From the NCBI GenBank assembly GCA_964477255.1, contig CAYZDK010000001.1:28539-92538 (forward strand): a stretch of DNA of 64,000 nucleotides, given 5' to 3'. Position 1 is the stretch's first letter. Each line of letters begins with the position of its first letter. A program made the position numbers and the translations under genes. This DNA is from an uncultured Polaribacter sp. (GTDB taxonomy: Bacteria; Bacteroidota; Bacteroidia; Flavobacteriales; Flavobacteriaceae). Below the pieces are notes generated by a model, which was given only the letters and a program-made list of their open reading frames with translations, ran no database searches and was not told where the DNA came from. This document shows, piece after piece, positions 59,211 through 64,000 of this stretch.

Positions 59211-61598
59211 TTACACTTCTAACTCTTTAAGTAAATCTTTGTAGGTTATTGCTTTGTTTTCTTCTGTAAACTCTTGGTATTTTACCTCAACCCTTAATGC
59301 TTTTAAACCTGAAATACCTTGTAAATCTTCTATTTCTAAAAACTCTAATTTACCTAGTTTGTTTTTAGATTGTAAGAATTTAATGTACTTCACATATTCT
59401 TCTGCATCTGCTTCTTGCGAATATACAATTGCAATTTTACCTGGTGTTGTAAGTCTTTCAGTTGTTCCTTTTATGTTAGCCTTGTCTATTCTTTTCTTTA
59501 TTATTTCGTATCTAATATTGTAAGCACCATCAACATCAAACTGTTTTTCATCCATCCTAAATTTAATAGACATTGCATTACCATGAACAAGAATTAGAGA
59601 TGCAACTTCTAGCTTAAAAGGCATATTTTTTTGTTCGTGATACACAATATTTTCTAGTTCGCAAGTAGTTTTAAGTTGCCAAATTCGTAAATTATGAAAG
59701 TATAAAGGATTAAATTTTTTTGTTTTTGTAATAGATTGCCCTATATACATGTTGTACTCAATTCCATCTGTTTTGTAACGCTCAAAATAGTGCGGAAACA
59801 TAGCTTGGGCTTCTTTTTGTCTGCTATCTATATGTTGGGCTAACTTATCATTAATGTGATTTACACTTTGTTCATAATCTTTTCGTTTTTCATATACCAC
59901 ATCTAATTCTTTATCTAATCTTTTGGTGTAAATACCAACTTTTTCAAATAGCTCTTTGTTAATCTCTTTTATATGACGAAATACAGGATATATTTCCCTT
60001 TTCAGGAAATCTATAATGGTGATTTCATCTCCTGCGTTTAATCCTTTTTTTACATTATTTAAAAAGCCAGTAACTCTAAACATCAATTCGTTATAAATAG
60101 GAAGAGGTTCGTTTGTACAGGCACTTTCTAGAACAGAGATGGCTAATGTTAGTTGCGTAATTAGGTCTTCTTTAATGGCGTTATTTCTTGCTTCAGAAGA
60201 CCCTTTTATATCTGTTTGCCCAAACAAAGGAAATACATCTTTAAAAACAATTTCGTCTAATTTAGCATTACTATTAGAAGCTTTATTAAAATAATATTTT
60301 TCTGCAGCCTCATAAAATCGCCATTTTACTGAGTTATGAATAGAGGTGTAATTTTCTTGTATGGTTGCTTCTAAGTTATTTTGTCTTTCTTCAAAGACCC
60401 TGTTAACTGCAGCTTCAAAAACAGGAATTATATCCTTTAATTTGTTAATGTTAACAGAGTTTAAATCGTAAGCATTTGGTGAAGATATTTCTAATAAAGC
60501 CAAATCTTCAGAGGAGTTAGCTTGAATAGGAATAAGAACAATACTTTTTAAGTTTTGTTTTTTTAAATTTTTATACAATTGATTTTCGTTAGAAAACTCT
60601 CCATATTTATCAATATCAGAAATAACAAAGGTTTCTTTATTTTCAAAAACTTTTGTCATTATATCTTCGCAGAAAAAGTCTTTATCACACTTTACTTCAT
60701 GGTTATGGTTTAAAATTATACTATCTACACTTTTAATTATTGTTTCATAAGCACTACTATGTGCATTATGTAACAAAGAGTAGCCTAGTTTTAGGTCTTT
60801 TATGCCATAAAAATCTTTTAAATTACTTTCTAAACTTTCTATTAAATTGTCTTCTTCTGCAAGTAAGTTTGCTTTTATGGAAGAAATCATTTCTTCTGCA
60901 GTAACATCGAATAAGTTTATGATACCAAATCCTTTAAATATGTAACTATTTGGCGGAAATTTTTCTCTCCATAAATCTATATTATCATAATTATTTAATA
61001 GCTCTTTAAAGTCCTCTTGGTTAAGTTTTGGAGCTTTATCTGTTCTAGATATTTCTGTAAAATCTGCATTAAAAGCAGCTCTATAATATTTCATTGTTCC
61101 AGTAGTTTTATCTGGAATATTAAAATAAAATGGACGTTTAACATCTGCTTTAATACCATAACAAAAACCTAAGATATAGGTGCATGCCATGATATACATG
61201 CTGTCTTCTTCAAAGTTTCTTACCTTTAACTCAAAGTCTGATCCTGCGTTATTTAAAATATTTTGAAATCTATCTGTAAGTTTAAAAGAAGTAAATGTGA
61301 AAGGAATACTGGCTGCTTTAATTTCATTTAAAAGTAAAGCTTCTGGGAAAAGAGGGTCTAATAATAAATTTATTTCTTCGCTGTATTTTTCTATTAAACT
61401 TAAGTCTGTAAAACCAGAGATTAACTCAGGAGTTTTACTTAAGTGTGCTACAATATTTTTAGCAGATGCATGAAATGGATGCGTTTCATAGCTGTCTTTG
61501 GCATATTTTTCAAACATATCATATACCTTTCTAAAAGATATATTTAGTTGTAATGGTAGATCTAATTCTTCATTAAAATCTTTTCCTATAATCTTCAT
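59211..61598 (-). CDS. GAF-domain protein with a putative divergent class III nucleotide cyclase domain
   Basis: GAF-like segment (VISDID...KSIVLIPI...LLEISS); C-terminal FGQTDIKGSS, RYKTDGI, FDVDG, KKRIDK, PGKIAI, LQGISG motifs in cyclase order. Confidence 0.7.
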   Translation of the reverse strand: MKIIGKDFNEELDLPLQLNISFRKVYDMFEKYAKDSYETHPFHASAKNIVAHLSKTPELISGFTDLSLIEKYSEEINLLLDPLFPEALLLNEIKAASIPFTFTSFKLTDRFQNILNNAGSDFELKVRNFEEDSMYIMACTYILGFCYGIKADVKRPFYFNIPDKTTGTMKYYRAAFNADFTEISRTDKAPKLNQEDFKELLNNYDNIDLWREKFPPNSYIFKGFGIINLFDVTAEEMISSIKANLLAEEDNLIESLESNLKDFYGIKDLKLGYSLLHNAHSSAYETIIKSVDSIILNHNHEVKCDKDFFCEDIMTKVFENKETFVISDIDKYGEFSNENQLYKNLKKQNLKSIVLIPIQANSSEDLALLEISSPNAYDLNSVNINKLKDIIPVFEAAVNRVFEERQNNLEATIQENYTSIHNSVKWRFYEAAEKYYFNKASNSNAKLDEIVFKDVFPLFGQTDIKGSSEARNNAIKEDLITQLTLAISVLESACTNEPLPIYNELMFRVTGFLNNVKKGLNAGDEITIIDFLKREIYPVFRHIKEINKELFEKVGIYTKRLDKELDVVYEKRKDYEQSVNHINDKLAQHIDSRQKEAQAMFPHYFERYKTDGIEYNMYIGQSITKTKKFNPLYFHNLRIWQLKTTCELENIVYHEQKNMPFKLEVASLILVHGNAMSIKFRMDEKQFDVDGAYNIRYEIIKKRIDKANIKGTTERLTTPGKIAIVYSQEADAEEYVKYIKFLQSKNKLGKLEFLEIEDLQGISGLKALRVEVKYQEFTEENKAITYKDLLKELEV

Positions 61599-61617
61599 CT
61601 TATGGAACTTTATGTTA

Positions 61618-61625
61618 CAAATTTA
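61618..61625 (-). promoter_or_regulatory. -7 box (TAAATTTG) for the GAF-domain gene
   Basis: TAnnTTTG consensus 19 nt upstream of the ATG. Confidence 0.6.
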
Positions 61626-61724
61626 CAAAAAAGAAAAGGGAGTAGTTACTTTATTAAAATTGGGGCATAAAATCACACAAAAAAATAACTACAGGAACGG
61701 CTATTTTAATTATGCATTTTAAAT

Positions 61725-61774
61725 AAAAAAAAGTTGTATTGTGAAATTATGAATTTTACAATACAACTTTTTTT
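61725..61774 (-). terminator. Long AT-rich hairpin terminator of the GT2-GH26 unit
   Basis: AAAAAAAGTTGTATTGTGAAATT / AATTTTACAATACAACTTTTTTT, 23-bp stem with one mismatch, 18 nt after the GH26 stop. Confidence 0.75.
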
Positions 61775-61792
61775 GTTAGAAATATTATTTTT

Positions 61793-62989
61793 TTAAGGCT
61801 TAACAATACTGTCTTTAGGCTGTTTTAAGTAATCTGGCCATAATTCTATTTGCCTTTTTATTTCAGAAGTAACTTCTGTATCGTCTTTTATGTACCAATC
61901 TACATTTTTATAGGTTATGGTACCATCACTAGAATAGTGGAAAAACACTATGGCATTTACATAAGGATACTTTTCATTAAAATTATTTAAAGCATCTCCA
62001 AACCATTTGGCTCTATCACCACCTGGTTTTAGAGAACCAAATTCTGCAATCATAATTGGTTTTTCAAATCCAGATAGTGTTGTATAATATTTACCAAAGA
62101 TTTCTTCAAAAGACCACCAATCGCTCCAACTTGTACTTGTTCCATAATTTAAAACTCCAGTTGCTAGTATATCAACATAATCTGGGCCAGGATAATATTC
62201 ATAAAATTTTTCATAGGATAAATGTGGGCTCCAAACCCAAATTATATTTAATGCACCTGCTTCATCAAAAACATCTTTAACATGTTTAAAAGCAGCAACA
62301 AATTCTTCTGGATCGTTATTTTGAGGGCCCCAAGGGTACCTATAAGGATCATTCATTTCGTGCCCAACTCTTAAATAAATTGGGTAGTTAACTTTTGCAG
62401 CCTCTGTTGCCCATTCCTTTAAATAAGCATCGTAATCTCCGTTTGCTACTGATGCTAAACCATGATTATCTCTTTGTTCTAAGGGTTTAATATTTGGGAA
62501 GTTTTCTTGTGTGAATTTACCTAACCAAGGTTCCCAAGTAATCATGGGAACAGAACCAATTCTAACAATTGCATCTACTTCATCTCTTGGGAATTCGAAT
62601 TCTTTGCCTTCACCCCAAGCTTTATAAATATGAATAATAGGAAAAGTTATGTTTAAAGAATCTTCTAAGTTTATGATTTTTTCATACGAAGTTCCATTAT
62701 CTTCATCTGCAGCACCAAAAAGAATATATTTTGATTTTAGAAGTGCAAATTTATTATCTCTTTGGTCGTCAAACCATTTTAGCTTTTTTTCTCTATTTTG
62801 TTCTCTATTACCAAGAATGTTTTCATGTTCAATGTCTTTAACTAAGTTACCCAAACTCTCTAGTATACCTCCTAGAGGTCCTTTAGAACTTTTACTAACA
62901 GCAGATAAGCCATAAATAATAAAGTAGCCAATAGCCAATGCTAGTAACACATTAAAAAGTCTTTTATACTTGTTTTTAGATGATGACAT
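61793..62989 (-). CDS. Membrane-anchored glycoside hydrolase family 26
   Basis: N-terminal TM; PMITWEPW, RVGHEMND (acid/base), WVWSP, YYPGPDYVD, IMIAEFG (nucleophile). Confidence 0.88.
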   Translation of the reverse strand: MSSSKNKYKRLFNVLLALAIGYFIIYGLSAVSKSSKGPLGGILESLGNLVKDIEHENILGNREQNREKKLKWFDDQRDNKFALLKSKYILFGAADEDNGTSYEKIINLEDSLNITFPIIHIYKAWGEGKEFEFPRDEVDAIVRIGSVPMITWEPWLGKFTQENFPNIKPLEQRDNHGLASVANGDYDAYLKEWATEAAKVNYPIYLRVGHEMNDPYRYPWGPQNNDPEEFVAAFKHVKDVFDEAGALNIIWVWSPHLSYEKFYEYYPGPDYVDILATGVLNYGTSTSWSDWWSFEEIFGKYYTTLSGFEKPIMIAEFGSLKPGGDRAKWFGDALNNFNEKYPYVNAIVFFHYSSDGTITYKNVDWYIKDDTEVTSEIKRQIELWPDYLKQPKDSIVKP

Positions 62990-63030
62990 AGTCTAAGGTT
63001 TTTACAATATTAGTTGTTTTTTGTGTTCTT

Positions 63031-64000
63031 TTATTCTTTAATCTTAAATTTTTTATTTGCAGATATAATTATTCTATCCCAAGCATTTTCTGTTTTAATG
63101 AAAAGCGATTGATAGGCAGCAGCAATTCCGCCAACAAACTGTAAAAAAGCTATTAAAGCAAACCCAAACATTGCCCAAGTTCTTTCTGCAGTTAGTATTA
63201 ATTCTGATTCAGAAACATAATATCTTCTTTCAATATAAACTCCTGTTATCATTAGAATAAAAATTAAACAATAGATTAAAAGAGGTTTAACAAAAGGGCT
63301 CATAAATTTCTTATCGGCAACTTTTGCAGTAGGAATGTATGGTACTTTCTTATTAATAATGGCCAAATAGAATGCATAGGTATATATTGGCCAACAAGAA
63401 TACTTTAAAACCATTCCTCTCCAATGTATGCCTTTTTCTGTTTTTCTATCACAGAAAAAGTTTTGAGCGTAGGCATATATTAGAATAGCAATTACAAGTA
63501 TTGGTGTTCCTACAGCTATAAACTCTCCAAAATCCATACTTGCAGGAATAATTTTTGTAGCAAAAAATAGCAGAGGTATAAAAACAAAAAACGCTGTCAT
63601 TGGGCCAACCAAGTAGTAAGTACCTATAGAGATGTAAGAAACTTTTTGCCAAAAAGTAAGGCCTTTTGATGCTTTTGGGAATTCATCAAATAACATTTCA
63701 TAAACTCCTCTTGCCCATTTTAGTTGTTGTTTACAGTACGAAGAAAAATCTTCAGGCACCAATCCTCTACTCACAATTACCGGGTTGTAAATAGATTTCC
63801 AGCCTTTTGAGTGAATACGAATGGATGTATTTAAATCTTCTGATAAACCAGTTGCATGTCCTCCTATACTTTCTAGCGCTTTTCTTCTAAAGGTACAATT
63901 TGCACCTATAGCAACAGCACCTCCATAACCATATAAACCCATTTGCGTTGGGCCATAAAAGGTATAAGTTTGTTCTGCTGCACCTTGTGCTGTTAAAGAC
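63031..64000 (-). CDS. Processive GT2 glycan synthase (BcsA/CesA-like), 5' part outside the window
   Basis: GANCTFRR, GLSEDL (catalytic ED), GLVPED, QQLKWARG (QxxRW variant), C-terminal TMs; frame stays open upstream of 63942 to the window edge (SLTAQGAAEQTYTFYGPTQ). Confidence 0.88.
   Translation of the reverse strand, partial: SLTAQGAAEQTYTFYGPTQMGLYGYGGAVAIGANCTFRRKALESIGGHATGLSEDLNTSIRIHSKGWKSIYNPVIVSRGLVPEDFSSYCKQQLKWARGVYEMLFDEFPKASKGLTFWQKVSYISIGTYYLVGPMTAFFVFIPLLFFATKIIPASMDFGEFIAVGTPILVIAILIYAYAQNFFCDRKTEKGIHWRGMVLKYSCWPIYTYAFYLAIINKKVPYIPTAKVADKKFMSPFVKPLLIYCLIFILMITGVYIERRYYVSESELILTAERTWAMFGFALIAFLQFVGGIAAAYQSLFIKTENAWDRIIISANKKFKIKE

Noticed and set aside
57999-61598. Calling this a canonical Pycsar defence operon
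   Set aside because: The genes are convergent rather than co-transcribed, the cyclase call rests on manual motif alignment only, and no other defence or mobility genes flank it; kept as a hypothesis
61498-61722. 74-aa plus-strand ORF
   Set aside because: It overlaps the GAF gene start antisense and spans its promoter; no motif or coding signal
1-64000. tRNA, rRNA, CRISPR arrays, IS elements, integrases or prophage genes
   Set aside because: No cloverleaf or rRNA-like GC-rich tracts, regular repeat-spacer arrays, terminal inverted repeats or transposase/integrase motifs were seen on reading

Overview
This is an AT-rich Flavobacteriaceae-type chromosomal window (Polaribacter/Tenacibaculum-like; TAnnTTTG promoter boxes, lipoprotein signals, TonB transporter). 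It holds about 56 CDS, mostly core genes (arfB, ahcY, ogt, tatD, apbE, map, gpmI, alaS, lemA, msrAB, selO). It also has a TPP riboswitch ahead of a TonB-dependent receptor, a CzcA-OMF fusion efflux locus, one nonsense pseudogene and a TPR-kinase/NarL two-component operon. I saw no tRNA, rRNA, CRISPR array or transposase. The best lead is at 57.9-61.6 kb. A GAF protein carries what looks, by manual motif alignment, like a divergent class III nucleotide cyclase domain split by a helical insert. It lies tail-to-tail with a protein that fuses a PDE-type HD domain to a Pycsar-type (DUF5706) membrane effector. Together they form a candidate cyclic-nucleotide signalling or defence module. Other leads are a lipoprotein metallophosphoesterase/atypical-kinase/Omp85 barrel fusion, an ACAD10/11- or lva-like five-gene catabolic cassette, and a GT2 synthase paired with a GH26 hydrolase. 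All assignments come from reading motifs by eye; no database searches were run.
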